Positions 28,663 through 43,289 of a DNA stretch of 64,000 bases are shown in pieces. Position 1 is the first letter of the stretch; every line of letters begins with the position of its first letter. Under the pieces are notes generated by a model. That model searched no databases and had not been told where the DNA came from. It saw nothing but the letters and a program-made list of their open reading frames with translations. The translations under genes and the position numbers were made by a program. The stretch lies in assembly GCF_036321535.1 (NCBI RefSeq), contig NC_087447.1:39558001-39622000 (forward strand), written 5' to 3'. Origin of the DNA: Camelus dromedarius (taxonomy: Eukaryota).

Positions 28663-28815
28663 GGGGGACAGAGAGGGGCATAGCTCAGTGGCAGAGCACA
28701 TGCTTAGCATGCACGTGGTCCTGGGTTCAATTTCCAGAAGCTCCATTAAAAAAAATAAAAGGAAGGAAGGAAGGAAGAAACGAAAAGAAAAAGAAAAAAG
28801 GAAAGGAAAGAAAAG
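28663..28815 (+). mobile_element. tRNA-derived SINE (vic-1-like), second of a tandem pair
   Basis: gaggggcaTAGCTCAGTGGcagagcacatgcttagcatgcac...cctgGGTTCAATTTcc...ctcca plus A/GGAA-rich tail. Confidence 0.85.
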
Positions 28816-29631
28816 AGTGGAAAGTGCACCCAGAAGTAGACAAAGGCTGGGCACAGGACACACAGCAGGGAAAATGCCAGGAACCAGCTGGAGCTAGGCC
28901 TTTAACGCCATGCTAAGAAGCATTTGAAACCACTTTCTTTTTATTCTCATAGAGACTGAGGAGTTATAAACTCTCAGTGCCAGCAGTCACCTGGTCTAAG
29001 CCCCCAATACACGCGCATTAGCCTTCTGCCTGCTGGAACACCCCTGACCTGACAGCAACCCCCTGGCCCGAGCTTGACAAGTGAAGAATGGATGGCAAGG
29101 CTCTTCTCAGAGGCCAGGGGACACGAGCAGACCCCCGCAGCTGCGGGAATGTGCCCTTGGTGTTTTAGAGCACAAATGAGGCACTTACTGGGCAAAGCCA
29201 TTTTGTATTCTCTCTGACACTTGTAAAATCTTGAAACTCATCCCTATCTCCATCTAAGCCCCTTCTGTGCCTCAGGTCCTACGCTCCAGTGGAATTTACA
29301 GGTTGCTTCGCTTAACGGAGTGAGAACAAACAGAAAGAGGGTCTAGTGCCCCAAGTCTGCCATTACGACTCAAGCCATCTGCAAAGTCTCTTGTCATTGC
29401 ATGAGCGAGCCCTGAAGCCCGAGGGGCCGCCTGTCTCTCTTTGGCAGGGACAGCAAATGCCGCCTGGGTCACCATGTGGATGGGCCGTGATGCCAGCATG
29501 GGGCTGGCCCATGGGTGTGAGTCTGTGGTCCCTTGGCGAGCCTGCAGATCAGTCAGCGCGAGTCCACAGCCACCGTGCTGCTCTGCCTCACGCGTGGGAC
29601 TCAACCATTCAGACAAAAACAACTGAAATCA

Positions 29632-29862
<231 letters not shown>

Positions 29863-30617
29863 TTAATCAACCTGGGACACGTCCATGTTGAGCTGGATGG
29901 AAGGTGGTAGTCTCGAAATCCTGGAATTCCACCTTGAGTAGCCTCTAGGTCTGTGCCTCAGAAGAGATGACGATATTAAGAAAAGCCATTACAGCTCAGG
30001 ATTAAAACAATCACTGTCTATTACTGACAGAGGCATATATTTTTTCCCAAATGCTTGAAAAAGGCTTTTTGTAGAGACAGTAGGAAACAACAGGTTAAGT
30101 TACCCAGCTACCAAACCAAGAAGCAATTCTGTGACCCAGTTTCACCCGACTCAACTGACAACGACAGTGACACCCTGTGGAGCCCGTTATTTACCGTGTA
30201 AGCCCAACAAGAAGTAGGGGCGTGGCCAGCTAACGCCATCACCCAGAATGCACTTGTCACTCCAGCTCCCGTAGCAACAGCATGAACACAGTGCTGTGAG
30301 CAATGGTTACCTACCTACCTCTTCCAGCACAATGAGAACTGAGTGCCTTTTTCATGAACCCCCTTAGTAACCAAGCTAAAACTTCTGCATAAGGGCTAGT
30401 CAGTATGTGGTTGTCAGTGCCAAGTTAGGGTTAAGAGTACAGATCATGGAGAGGATTCATGGTACAGTGCTATACGGGACTAGCGGAAAAAAAAAAAAAA
30501 AAAGAATACCAGTCACTCATTCACACAAAAGTTAACTTTTAACTTCTGAAGGAAACTCTTTCTTCTCTTTGCTTTGGTACAAGATGTGGTAACTGGACCA
30601 CAAAGGAGTGGGTCCAA

Positions 30618-30786
30618 CTGGTGGTTCTCAGCCAGGCTGCAGCACAGGCACCACGGAGCATTTCACTCACCGCTGCCTGGGCCCCACTCAGGCCAAAGAG
30701 GCATCTCTGAGAATGAGGCCGGGCATCGGTAATTCTTAAGGCTCCTCAGATGAATTCCAGTATGCAGCCAAGCTGAAGAACCACTG
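30618..30786. mobile_element. MER5A-like element
   Basis: Termini ctggtggttctcagc ... gctgaagaaccactg; internal tgcctgggccccac and gggcatcggtaatt. Confidence 0.8.
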
Positions 30787-31084
30787 GCCTAGACGCTGTC
30801 CCCAGGACCCCATGCGCCTGCCTCTCCTGCTGGAAGGGCAGTAGCACCAACCTAACATGAGACTGACAGAGACGTCTGGGGTGCGGGGGCTCCAGGGAGC
30901 TCAGCACCCGGCAGGGGCCACAGGAGAAAGCTCATGTCACCATGCACTCAGGAGGCTTTTTCATGTTTCAAGTTTACATTGGCACTTCTCCAGCTAGAGG
31001 CTTTCCAAGTACTAGTCCCACAGGGAATGAGAAATCCCAAATAAAAGAAGGCTGCTTCAAGCTGCCCACCAGCAGTATTGTGCA

Positions 31085-31312
31085 CTGGTTAAGACAGGGA
31101 GTCTGGACTCAGCCTGCTCCAGCACAAAACTGTGCCCACTGCAAATGAACCCTGACATTGGGTAAGTGTCCCCAGTCTCTAACATGGGGACAGTGATGGC
31201 ATTTACCTCCTAGGGCTTCTATAGGGTTTAAATGAGACACTGCATGTTACGAGCTCCCTGGTGCTCCTACGTTCAACAAAGAGTAGACACTTAAACATTA
31301 GCTACTATTATT
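31085..31312 (+). mobile_element. MIR SINE
   Basis: tggttaaga...ggagtctggac...ttgggtaagt...atggggacagtgatggcatttacctcctaggg...taaatgaga...cattagctactattatt. Confidence 0.7.
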
Positions 31313-34300
31313 TCTTATAAAACTCTTCTTCTCTGAGGTTCACAGTGAATGTTAGCATGTTAAAAGCACTGCAGTAGAGAAACATTATCTAACTCTGTAT
31401 AACCCAAACTTTCTTGAACTCATTTGGTCACAAAACCCTGCAAATAAGTGCTGGTTTATGACCATGACCTGCTCTCCGGTCACAATGCTGAAGGGCAGGC
31501 GGCCCAGTACCTCACCCGACGCCAGCACTGCACACACAAGGAGTGTGGCCGTGGTCCAGCTTCCCGGAGACGGTGAAGCCCTCTCCTACTCAACATCAGA
31601 GCGGTCTCTTACCAAGACTTCAAAACTCCTCAAAGGTATCAGGTGAAATGAAAAAGAGGAACTTGGAGCTCTGACAAGGACCCAGCCCCTGTTCCCACCG
31701 CCTGGTGGACTTCAGGGTGGACTGAGACCAGGGCACGGTGAGGACAGAGTACACTGTGCTGGAAGGGAATTTTTAAAACAAAGTTGAAAGCTGCTGCCAT
31801 GTGAGGGAGGGGAGGTTTTAGGGTTGGGTGGAGCACCTCTGATCTTTTGGTAAATTTTCTCAAATGCTGTCACATCACCTTTTCAATCAGAAGCAAACCA
31901 AAGCCCACAGAAATGCATGAGGCACTGCTGTGACGCAGCGTCCAGTCTCACAAGCGGGTAAAAGGAGAGCAAACAACCTGGGTGAGGCGGGGGGCACAGA
32001 CACGGGGCACTCGAAGGTGAGGCGGTGAGCGAGGAGGCTGTGCCTCGGGTCTGGCCCGCTGTTCGCCCTCTAGCTACCCACCAGGGCGGCACAGAGGGCA
32101 AAAGCCATCACTCTTTCATTATCCAGACGACTGGCCGTCTGCACGCCCGTCCACCCAACCCTTATTACTAACCTCTGCTTGCAGCAAGCTCCGGCCCTAC
32201 GCGGCTCTGGGAGGTACCGTTTCTGTCATTTCTCGTGCCGCTGGCAGGCAGTGAGTTTATGGGAAAGAATGGAATACAAGCAGAGCGTTGGGGGCACCTG
32301 TGAATAGAATCTGAGTCTCTCTGCTGAGCCCCCCGCTCCCAGTTCTCCTGCCTTGCCAGCCCCCACGGGCTGGGGCTGAGCTGGGGTGAAGTTCAGAGCG
32401 TTAGAACTTGGGGAACCCAGACCGGACCTTCACGTGTCAAGAGATCAGGAAGGTGCATGGGGGGTAAAATTTACCCCCAAGGGGGACCATGTATGTATAG
32501 CTGAAAACCGAGGTGCTGAGTGCAAAGCACTCTGAAGACAGACAAGAGCCTGAAATCTCAGTTTTCTCATGTGTACAATGGGGAACGACGACTGAAACAC
32601 AGGACAGGTTAGAAGATTAAAGGAAACAGTGTGCAGAGGGGGCCTGGCATGGGCCCAGCATACAAGGAGTGCTCGACAAATCGTAGCTGCTAAGATTACT
32701 ATTGTGGTTTACTATTATGTGAGATAAACTAGACCCTGGGGTAGAAGCAAAAGGACTTTCCTGCTCCAGCTGTCCCTCCTGCCTAGCAAAGAGAAAAGAA
32801 ACACAAGTAAGCCAAGAGCTGACAGCAAGCTGTGAAGCCGTGAGAAATGCCTGAAAGAAGAGAGAGACCTGGGTCCATTCAGCGGGTGTGCTTTCTACAC
32901 GTGGGACCTCAGGTAATCCTTGCCTCACAGCGACACTGCAGGTGGATTTTACTGAAATCACTTTTATAGATGAGGAAACAGAAGCAAAGAGATGAAGAGA
33001 CTTGCCTGAGGTCACACCTCCAGGAACAGTCCTGGAGTTAAGAATAAAACTTGGATCTGTCAACGCCACAGCCCCAGCGTTTGCTGCAAACATCAACCAG
33101 GCTGTTACTCCAAAAGAAAACATATAAATGCCTCGATCCTTCTAACTCGGATCTACTTTTCCTGAAAGGTGATTTGAGAAAGAAAGAAAAAAGATGAAGT
33201 GTTTTCAAAATTCTGAGAAGTGAAATTAGAGTTTGGGAAAACATAATGATTCACAGACGCCATCAGACAGTGTCTTCAAAGATTTCTATTTTGAGGAAGT
33301 TACCTTTGTGCCCAAGTGGCTGAAGTGAACTGAGAACAGGCAGGCTGTGTTTGCCAAAGGAAATCGGGCACTGCCTCTCCAAGGCTGGTGACTTGAAACC
33401 AAGCTCTGACTGCTGGCATCTGAGTGGCTTCACTCCTGCCAAGAGGTGACTTTGTTTCTAAGAATACAGAGGACTAAAGAAGGCGTCCTGGAGGCCACAG
33501 CAGTGGGACAGACAGACCTCCCCTTCTCCTTACTCCAACCTCAGTAGGTCAGGAGCCCCTCTGCCCCCAAATCCAGAAGGCCGAAAAGAAGAAGTCTACA
33601 TGACATGTTTGGGTCTGAGTTTTAAGGAAATCAAAACTCTAAAAACCATCTGGTGACGCTCTACTTCCCATCCTGCAGTTCCCCTTGTAAGGAAGAAGGC
33701 TAGGGTGGGGACCTTCCTTTCCTGACTCCTTCCCAAGTAAATCCCATTTTCTTTCCAGCAGTGGTGGCTTCCCCAAAAACCAAACTTCAGGTCAGTGTAG
33801 TGCAGCAAAACTAAAGGTGGAATGGTGAAACCAAAAAAGGGCAATTCTAGTCTATAGGGCAGAAAACACCTATTTGCAAAAACAGCAACCAATAACAACA
33901 ACCAAAAACCCCCAGTATTGGGGCACTAATAAGCAGAAACAGGGTGAATGTCAGTGAGCCACGCATACCAAGGCTTGAGACTACACTTCCTTGACATCCA
34001 AAACAGAGGTGAACACTGGCTTGTTCAATTATAAGAACATCTCCTAGGCACTCAGTAGATACGCTGATTATCAACATACCAAGGACAAGAGAAAAGGTAC
34101 TCGCTCTGAATATTTCTTTTATGGATTTCAGTAGAACAAACCAGCACACCTAAGGTCCATTATATTCCAGGCACTGTGCTGGGCACAGGGAATTCATTAG
34201 CTAACAGTGCGAAGTCTGTCTCTTTATCGAACCTACTGAGTGACTACAGAGCCAGCTTATTGCCTCTACAGTCAGAATCATGCGCTACCCCTTAAATAAA

Positions 34301-34949
34301 TGTTCTCAAAGATTCCTATAGCGAAGACTGAGGTTAAGGACAGTCAACATCCCCTCTCCTGCACATCACATGACTTAAACCAGCATTTACCTGCTCTTTT
34401 TATATGGATGACCATATACGTATTCTCCAGCACTAAACATACAGTGTTATTCATCAGCAGTGAGAACATATGCGGAATTCACTTTGAAAATGTGAACAAA
34501 GTTTCACAAGCCTAAGGTAAAAACTGATGAAAACCAAGTTATCCATCACATGGGAGAACAGAATACACTCTCAGACTTCTACGGTTCCAGAAGACTGGCC
34601 TTCCTTTGCAGGTAGCATAGGAGGAGATGTTCCTATGAAATGAGGGAGTGAGTCAAAAAAGAGCAAGATGACGCCCTAACCCAGAAGAGAGGTTAAAGGA
34701 GCACGCCAGCCGACAGCCGGGCTGCTAACCTGGACAGCAGCCCGTCTGGAGTGGAAGAGGAGCTAGAGGGCTCCTGGACGGATGTCGCCAAGGGGGTGCC
34801 AGACTTGAGAGGCTCCCTGACTTACCTGACCATCTGGGGAAGAGTATGAGAATTCTGTCAGAAACGTGGAGGATGAATTTGTGGAGGTATGCAAAAACAG
34901 AACAAATAAAAAGAAGCAATGACAAACCTTGGGGAAAAAACAAGTTTTA

Positions 34950-35392
34950 CAATCAAGAAAATGGTTCTAATATATCACACGTTAACCAATCTGTTAACAT
35001 TTTGTACACAGGTTTGTAATGTAAATACTGAGTGTTAACTGAACCAAAAATTGTGATACAACTATATTGGAGGGTTGGAAGGGCTGAGGCAGGGAACACA
35101 CGTGCTAAATTTACAGAGCTAAGCCCTGGTCTTCCATGGTAAGAAGTCAACAGATACTGCCTAAAATCCATAGATTGGATACACAGTGCAAGTGTGTTTA
35201 GCAATACAGAGGTAATACACAAAGCCAGGGCTAGAAGGCTGGAAGGAGCTGCCCCTAAGGAGTAGGACTGAGGGGTGGGGGATGGGGGTGGGAGAGGAGA
35301 CAGGGGACAGCTGCTTTTCCTTATAGGTCATGCATGGGGTTTGAGTTGGCTTATGCATGAAGAACATCTATTACTTTATTAAATTAAAACAA
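34950..35392 (+). mobile_element. Degenerate L1ME-like 3' end
   Basis: gctgcccctaaggagtaggactgagggg...tgcttttccttata...catctattactttattaaattaaa resembles old L1 3' termini. Confidence 0.45.
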
Positions 35393-35969
35393 GCAGCCAA
35401 TCAAACAGTATCTTGAACCATCATGGAGCTTTGTGAGGAAAGCAAAGAACTATAAAGGGAAACAAAAATGTGAAGAGCCGTGCTGCAGGATGTTTATTCT
35501 AGCCGGCCGCAAGTCCCCTGGACGCGAAAGGAACTTGGTCAGATCACAGAGCCTTCCTACGGCTCAAATACTCAGGACAACCGGCAGGCACTTGGACCCT
35601 TGTCTGCCTGTGGGGTTCACCAAAAGACTGATGTTGCACCAGCAAAATCCTACCTGGATTGCGACGTCCCACAACTCGGCAGCCCCTGACACAATCTTAA
35701 TACACAGATCCCTAATGCCACTTGGGGAAATGCTCATTTTCTCTTTTTATTGCTATAATCCCTCCAGTTACTTTTCACAGCAATGGTAAACAGTGATAAA
35801 GGTAAATGTAACCCTAAAAACTCCACAAGGGACTTGCAAAGGGTCACTTAGCTATCCTGGGGGATTAACAAAGGACTCTCCTCCCCCAAAGCTGTTCTCA
35901 GAGGTCACTTTCCTTCCTGGTCTCTGGCCCTCCTTCTCTCCGCTGCTCAGGGAGCTGCAGGGAGGAGGG

Positions 35970-36200
35970 CTGAGCCCCGGGCTCTGGATTCAGACAGGGT
36001 CTGGGTCTGAATCCTGGCGCCGGCACCACTTCCTAGCTGAGTCATCTGGGAGGGGCGCTTTCAGCTCTCCCTGCTGCAGCTTCCACACCCAAAATGCATG
36101 GATAATAACGTACCTACCTTGAAGTGACATGAGGCTTAATGAGGTAACACACGGAAAATACACAATGCTGTGCCTAGCATGTAATGTGTTGTTACTATTA
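35970..36200 (+). mobile_element. MIR SINE
   Basis: gggctctggattcagac...ctgggtctgaatcctgg...ccacttcctagctgagt...ggataataacgtacctacc...tgtgcctagcatgta. Confidence 0.75.
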
Positions 36201-37899
36201 TTGCTGTTGCTATTGCTATTTCCCCCAATAATCATGTTTCGGTACTTGGGGGTGTGCGTGAGATAACTTGAAATTATGGCTGTTCCTCTGACAGCAACAA
36301 AATGGCAATACTAAAATTTAAAGCAGAAATTAAGAGAGGAAAGTTTCAGGCATAGTAAGCTGATTCCTACTGTCCTGACACTGCCATGAGGTACTGCACA
36401 GGGTGGCTGAGGTGGGGCAGATGTGCACACAAAGCCTTGAGGGATCTGGCCCCTGAATTTCCCCCAGGCATGGCACTGAGGAATGCTAAGTCTGCCCTCA
36501 CCAGCAGAGCTAGGGCAGCCTGGGAGGTTGCCCATTACTGCAGATGAGACAAACCAGAACAAACAACTCCCAAAGTTGACCCTGGGGTTTAATTTTCTTT
36601 CCTTTTTTTTTAAAAAAAGGGCTTCTAACATTCTATTCTAGAGCCCTCTGGTGAGGCAGTTCACTTTTTATGGAAAAGGAAGGGGAAGCCCTACGAGTCT
36701 GCTGGTTCCTGGCATCTGAGCCGCTCCCCTCAAACGACCCAGTCCTGCACTACACTGTTTGACCTGAAGATGGCGGCCTTTCCCTAAGCTTGTTCCAAAA
36801 ATTCCAAATATTTGAAGAATGCAGTAAAACCTTGAAAAATGAATGCTGTCAAATAATACCAGGAGAAAAATTATAATCCACTTAGGAATTTAAAGAAACC
36901 AAGGCAAATAACTCATGTCAAGGGATGCTAATGTACAAGCTGAAACAGAACAAGGACAAATCACCTACACGGCTTCCTGTTACGTTCCTGCCTGGATGCT
37001 CTGTCCAGACACCCCCAGTGCAGCCTGGGCAGCCTCTGACGGCCCCGGGGCCCTGCAGGGAGGGACAGGGAGTGGTGCAGGACTAGGCCAAGGGAAGGGA
37101 CCAGCATATTCAGCCCACTGGAGAGGGGCTTGCCCGGGCTCATGATCTAGTGTCTCTCTTCTCAGCTAACTGCTCAGAGGGCCCTGCCCTGTTCTGGCTA
37201 CTTGGCTCCCAGGTGCTGCCACCTCCGTTCCCTGAAACAAGCAAAAAGGAGCAAATCAGTCCTTCCTTCCTAGACCTCAAACAGGATACGCCACCCTCAC
37301 CCCCACACCTCCCATTTCTAACACCGTCTCCATAAAGGGGTTGCTGTTTTCTTGGAAAGAAGAGTGTCTTCTTCATGGAAGCACAGTTGTTAAGTCCCCT
37401 GGCTGAGTACAGGGACAGCCACCAGGAAGGCAGGCAGGTGGGGGGCTGACCTGCCAAGGAAAGCAGATGGAGCCTGGCTGGGCCTCTGTGAAATGTCTAT
37501 AAAATCTAGCTTTCCAGATGCTTTCAATTGCCTCATCCCCAAATGGTCATGAAGAAAGAGGGTGAGTGTGCAGAACAGCTCAGATGTGGAGGGCAAACTA
37601 CCCACTGCTGCTGCTGCTGCAGCAGGAGGGTGCGGCCGGGTGGGCCAGCTGACAGGACAGCTCGGCAGGCATGCAGGGCAGGGAGGGACGGGCCACGCCA
37701 CACCACAGGGAGCCGTCACCTCCAGCACTGGAGGACATTCCATCTCCCGGGGCCTCCTGTAAGACCACACATGGTACAATACATGAGAAAAACCTGGGAG
37801 AAGCATAATCACTGGGCACAGCCAACCATCAGACCCGCTGCAGCCTTCCTTGGAGAACCTGCAAGGCCAAAGGTGCTTTCTGACCCTTTATTCAAAGCA

Positions 37900-38135
37900 C
37901 GTGGTGCACACATTAACCACAAATGGGTTCGAATCCAAGCTCTGCTGTTTCTGAGCTGTGCAGCCTGAGGCAAGTTGTTTAACCTTTCTGGGCCTTGGTG
38001 CCCTCAACTGAACACAGAGATGACCCAGCCAGCTCATCTCAGGGGTTAATGTGAAGGTCACATGAAACAGTAAACATGACAGTTCCGTGTGACCTTAGGG
38101 AGCCGCACAGACGCTAGTGTGCAAGTTAACTATTA
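37900..38135 (+). mobile_element. MIR SINE
   Basis: tgggttcgaatccaagctctgc...agctgtgcagcctgaggcaagttgtttaacctttctgggcct. Confidence 0.75.
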
Positions 38136-41100
38136 ATGAGATCTACACATAAGTCATGAACTAGGGGAGAGAAAGAGCCTCTTTCTGAAGGACCAGCAAC
38201 CAGGACTGCCTGAACAGCCACTTCCCATGAATATGTGGCCCCACTCCGAGACCCAGTGAATGCCCCACAGGACTGCAGGGCTTGGACGCTTCTCCAGAGA
38301 AAACTTGCCCTTCTCCACTCTGTCCAGGATATAGGTGAGGAACCTCCAGCAATCTGGAATTGAAGCCTTGCTTCTGACCTTATTTCTCCAATCAAGTCCC
38401 CATACAAACCACCCAACCCTTCTTTTGCTGCAGACCTCATCAATGTCACATTTCCTTAAAGCTGCGCTGGTCATATTTTCCAAACCAAAGTCAGAATCTG
38501 TAATCTGATAAAGGAATCTACGGATTTAGACCTTTGAAAGAAACTCTAAAACCATGAATATTAAATCATCCCTGGGTCCACATTTGACCAAATGCCTGTA
38601 TGGAAAAGAATCAGGTTACCTGCAGAAAGTATTTGCAGCCCTTCAGTGCATGGGCTCCCTCATGCTGTGAAGACTGCTGACTCACTCCTCCACATCCGGA
38701 AAGTCCCCTGTTTTTATGCTGTTCCAGCCACTGAGCAATAAAGATTAAGGGCCGGGACACTCCGGGCAGCAAAACTCCTTGCCGTCTGGTTGAGGACCTG
38801 CCATTTTCCATGCTTGGGCACCCTTTAGGAATTCTCTCCTTCCTCGGAGCCCAAATCAAGTGTCCTCACTCTCCTCTTTCTCCAAATGTCCCGATCACCT
38901 TCCTTCACTGGCTGCCCCAACATAAAGGGCCCTGCTACATCCAGCCATGCTCGGGGAGCTCAGACTTTGAAGGGCAGCTGTTCTCAAGTTTGAGGAATTT
39001 TTTTATTTCTTCTGTGCAATAATTTTGTCAATTTTCCTAAGTGACCTGCCTAAGAATATAAAGTGGAGCCCAATCTTGGCATAACCGCTTCCGGGCAGTG
39101 GAACTGGACAATGCACCCTACCGTTTCTGAGCCTCTGTCCTGCAACTGGTGGACTCGCCGTAAGGACAATACCTGTGTCAAATGTCTGGCATGCAGCTCG
39201 TGTAACACGGCTCAGGACAGCTAGGACTAGGTGAGCTGAGGTGTGCCCTTGCTGCTCAGGTCTGCTCCCGCACCACATCACAGGACTCTTCTTCTTCCGC
39301 AAGACAGTGCTTCTCTGACATCTAAAGAGAATGACCTCCTGTCCCGCCCTCTCCACCTCAAGGCTTCTCTGGCTGTGTAACTCCTCCCTCACGGAACCCT
39401 CACACGCTCCTTCCTGCTCACAGCCCTGCTTGTTCTGGTATCCGGAACACGACAGGCATTGAACACACAACGTTTGCCTGGGAAGTCTGAACTGGCAGTG
39501 TGCCAGCTGGAGGGCAGGATGTGGCTGAGCTGCAGAGGGAGGGGGGCTAGAGGAACCTGCCACGCCCCAGGGAGGGGGCAGAGGGATCCCATCAGGCTGG
39601 ATCAGGAAAACCACTCCCCATGCGCCCACAGGATCCAGCCTACAGCTCACCAAGGCCGGGTTTTCATCTGTCTAAAGCAGCAGCTGCTGAACTCGGTCTG
39701 CAGGAACTGGGCCCTGATAATGGGCGAGGTAGTTTGAAAAAGCCCACCCTGGGTGGGGGATCTTAAACTTAACGCTCAAAGTCCTTTGACATGCAACACT
39801 GAAATCATGTAGAAAGTATATTTTCAAGCATTACTGACCACTTCTAAAATAGTCTTTGTTTTTTCGATCTTCCTTTCTTCAGCCTCTGCTGTTCTCTTAG
39901 CTTCTGGTGGAGCCAAAGGTAACAGAGGGACTGACTTGCTGTTTCTCCACCAAGATAAACAACCACGACTTGAGGAAATGTCTGGCTTACACATGATCCA
40001 GAGCCAGCAGGGGGCACTCATCCCCTGAATTATTCTTCCTTTAGCTCCTTGTAGACCTATAGCCAGGCGCAGCCTACAAAAAACAGGTACTCAGCAAATA
40101 CAAATGGATCCAACAACCTTGCTTAAAATCTCAGGATGTGGAGTCAACAGACCTGGATTTTAACCCCACTTCCAATGTCAGCAGGTTGCCTAACACTGGG
40201 CAGGATATGTCACAGGACTGAGTAACATAATACAGTGTTGGCCATCACCACACTGGTACTACCACTGGTAGGGGTGGCAGAGTCGTGAAGAATCTATAGT
40301 GGTGGCAAAGGTGACACCTGTGGAAATGGAGGAGTGAATTTCCAGAATGGCTGGTTCTAAGAGAGATAGTTGACTAGTTGAAAGGGGGGAGGATTGACAA
40401 AATTACTGCATTCTGACAAATCTATGTGCTTTATTTTGCAAACATAGGGTGCTGTTACAATGAACATGTAAAGGCCCTTGAGGTCCGAGGTCGCACTGAA
40501 AAAAAATCAATGCTATGTGAATGGGGTTTGTTTTTTTTTTTTTTGGCTCTCAGACTTTTTGGTGGCTTCTCAGACATTAATTTTACTATATTTTTGTTCC
40601 AACTATAGGAAAATGTAAAGTTGTCTTCTAAAATAAATTTAGCTGGTACATTTAAACAAATTTGGATATACAATCCTTAAAATTTAACATCAAACATTAA
40701 CCATGCTAATTTGTTCGGGCGAAGCTTACAAAGGGACAGATAATTAAGGGTCGTAAACAAATTCAACTTTGGAGTCTCCAAATCTTTGCTACATACAGAC
40801 AGGTACACATAGCTCTCCCTACTTCTTTGCAATGGCTTAGGCTCAATGGAATCATGGGGCTATGGGAAGTGCTGGCAAAACCCAAACAAATAAATGAATG
40901 AGCTAGGTTCAGAGGGAACTACTTTTCGTTAGTGATTTCTTTCGTCCATATTTATCACAGCCCTATGAGGTAGGTAATTCTATTTCTTTCTACAGAAGAG
41001 GCTTGGAGAGATCGCTTTCTTACAGCTAATCAAAGGCTGTGGCCAGGTCTGAACCCTTCTCTGCCTGGCCTGTTTCCCAAGAGGACAGAAGGCACAAATA

Positions 41101-42029
41101 CACACTTGGGGAGCAACAGAGCCCAGCGGAGAATCTCGTTGGCCCAGCCCTCGGTCCAGGGCGGCCTTGCTCACTCCCAGCTACTTGGAAATTCATTCAC
41201 TCTCTAGTTTCCTACATTTGTCACCACTGAAGTCATGTGTTGGGATCTTTTTATTCATCAGTAGAAGATCAAATTCATTTAAACCATCCCGATTACTATG
41301 TGCAATTCTCAGCGTACATGAAGCACACATTTCTGGACTCTAGTCCAAGGACTCGGTGAGCCCTGCCTTTCTAAACTATCCACGAGCTTTCACTTACTGC
41401 TTTCTGCACATCAGCGAGTCACCGCCTCTGGAATTCTCCTCTCCCACACCTTCCCCTGCCTCTGTCCACCCCTGCCTCTCGGCATAAGGGCTACCTCCTC
41501 AAAGAAGACTGCCCAGTTCCCTGTCCATCACTCACAGCAGCCACTATTCCTCCTTCCTAGCAGTCACCACACTTCGCGGGGACGTGTGATTAATGAGACG
41601 TTACCCTCCCCCAGGGCAGAGCCAGTGGCGGTCCCCCCTTGGGACAGCACCTTGAATATGCAAATGCTCCTAAATGTTCATAGAATGGACTGAATGAATC
41701 TATCAGTGATTCACAATGTGAGGCCCACTCAACACTAACAACAACAAAAAGAGGGCTGAGCATCCTGGGCCCTAGCAGGTCCATAACTTAAGAGGAAGCC
41801 ACCATGAGGGGGCTGCCCTAGGCTTTTTTAATTAAAAAACCTTTTTTATTCTGATTATATTGAGTCTTTTTAACAAGGATAATAACTAACATCTTGGGAC
41901 TTTTGCGTCCTACTGTCTTGGAGTTCTATTCCTAAAAAAATGGTCACAAGCAAAGACAGAGATTTGTTCACACGGGAGGCAGGCAGACTGAGCACATAAT
42001 TCATGAGCGCTTCACAATTGGTGGTGGTT

Positions 42030-42220
42030 TACAGTAGTGAGAAGAGTACACTGAAACAGAAGATCTGGGCTCCCGGTCCTTCCACTTATTGGCTAAATAT
42101 CCTAAGTCAGTTAATGTGTCTGGGCCTCATTTTCTTCACCTGTAAAATGGGGGAAACAGGATCTACTTCAACAGCACTTTGAGGACAAAATGAAATAAGC
42201 AACCACGAAGTACTCTGTGA
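42030..42220 (+). mobile_element. MIR SINE
   Basis: ttaatgtgtctgggcctcattttcttcacctgtaaaatggggg MIR core. Confidence 0.75.
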
Positions 42221-43289
42221 GCAGCGAGGTGTCTCACACACGTGGGGTACAGAAAGCTGAGGCACCATCTTGGCCAGAGCCCAGCCTCCAGCCAGAGGAT
42301 CACCTACACTCCTGGAAAGAAGAGGAAGCCAAGAACCATGAAGGTAATCCTCTGCTGGTTTATTTCAGTGCTCCCACAGACTGGGATTTAAGCTCTCACC
42401 CCATCATCCTTCTTGTAAAGCCACTCAAGACACCTGAGAAGAGTGATCCAGTGGCCTTCTCCCTGTTCTCAATAATCTCATTTTCCTGTACCTGCCTCGA
42501 TGGGCCCAGAGACCTACTCTATACCTCTTTCTTCATTTTCCCCTAATTTTTGAGCAGGCTCTATTTTTCCCTACCGCCCGGCATTCATAATTCAGAGAGA
42601 GAAATGTCAGGGGGCCCCATGTGGGTTCCTGCATCTCCACTCTGGTGATGGCTGGTGGAAACCCCTCTGCCCATGGCGCCTCCCCTATCCTACCATCAGA
42701 GGCTTTCCACCGAGCTCAAGTACAAATACTCCTGGGAGAGGTCACCTCCAATCATTCAGTGTCTGAGTTACTCACAACAGACGGTAAGCATTCATGACAC
42801 TTTTTCCTGGTAACAGAATGACAGCAAGGTAGAAAACACAGAGTCAGTAGGACAACACCTAAGTGCTTCTGGAAGTCCCGGAGAGCAGCGGGGTGGGGTG
42901 GGGTAGAGTATAGGAAGCAACTGGTGAAGATCCCAAGGCAAACTCATGATTTCTTCAGTCTTTGCCTTGGGCTCACCCACACACAGATGCAATGCCCATA
43001 CTCACAGCCAAGGAGTGGGAGTGAAGGAAGGGCCTTGGGCTTGTTGGGTGGGAAGGATGGGAGGCTCACATATGTAGGGGAGACCGTGGGCCTGGCTGAG
43101 AAACGGTGGGATGATGGGCACTAGACGGGGCAGGGAGACAGGAAGGAAGAAAAATGACAAGTGGAGTCCAGATGTCAACACTATTGGCATTAATGGTAAT
43201 ACTAATCATCGCAGTCCACATCAGGCTGCTCAAGTACTGTCCTGTTACTTCTCCCTCAGAAAGTAACAACTTGCTATTTTGAGAAAGTA

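Noticed and set aside
28509..28745. Possible tRNA genes
   Set aside because: A/B boxes are present, but stems are degenerate, A-rich tails follow and diverged copies are dispersed; these are SINEs.
32460..32478. Short inverted repeat gggggtaaa-a-tttaccccc
   Set aside because: A 9-bp arm of low complexity is expected by chance in 64 kb; no supporting context.
39003..39653. 216-aa minus-strand ORF
   Set aside because: No recognisable homology; overlaps degenerate L2-like sequence; not needed in the TEAD1 exon chain.
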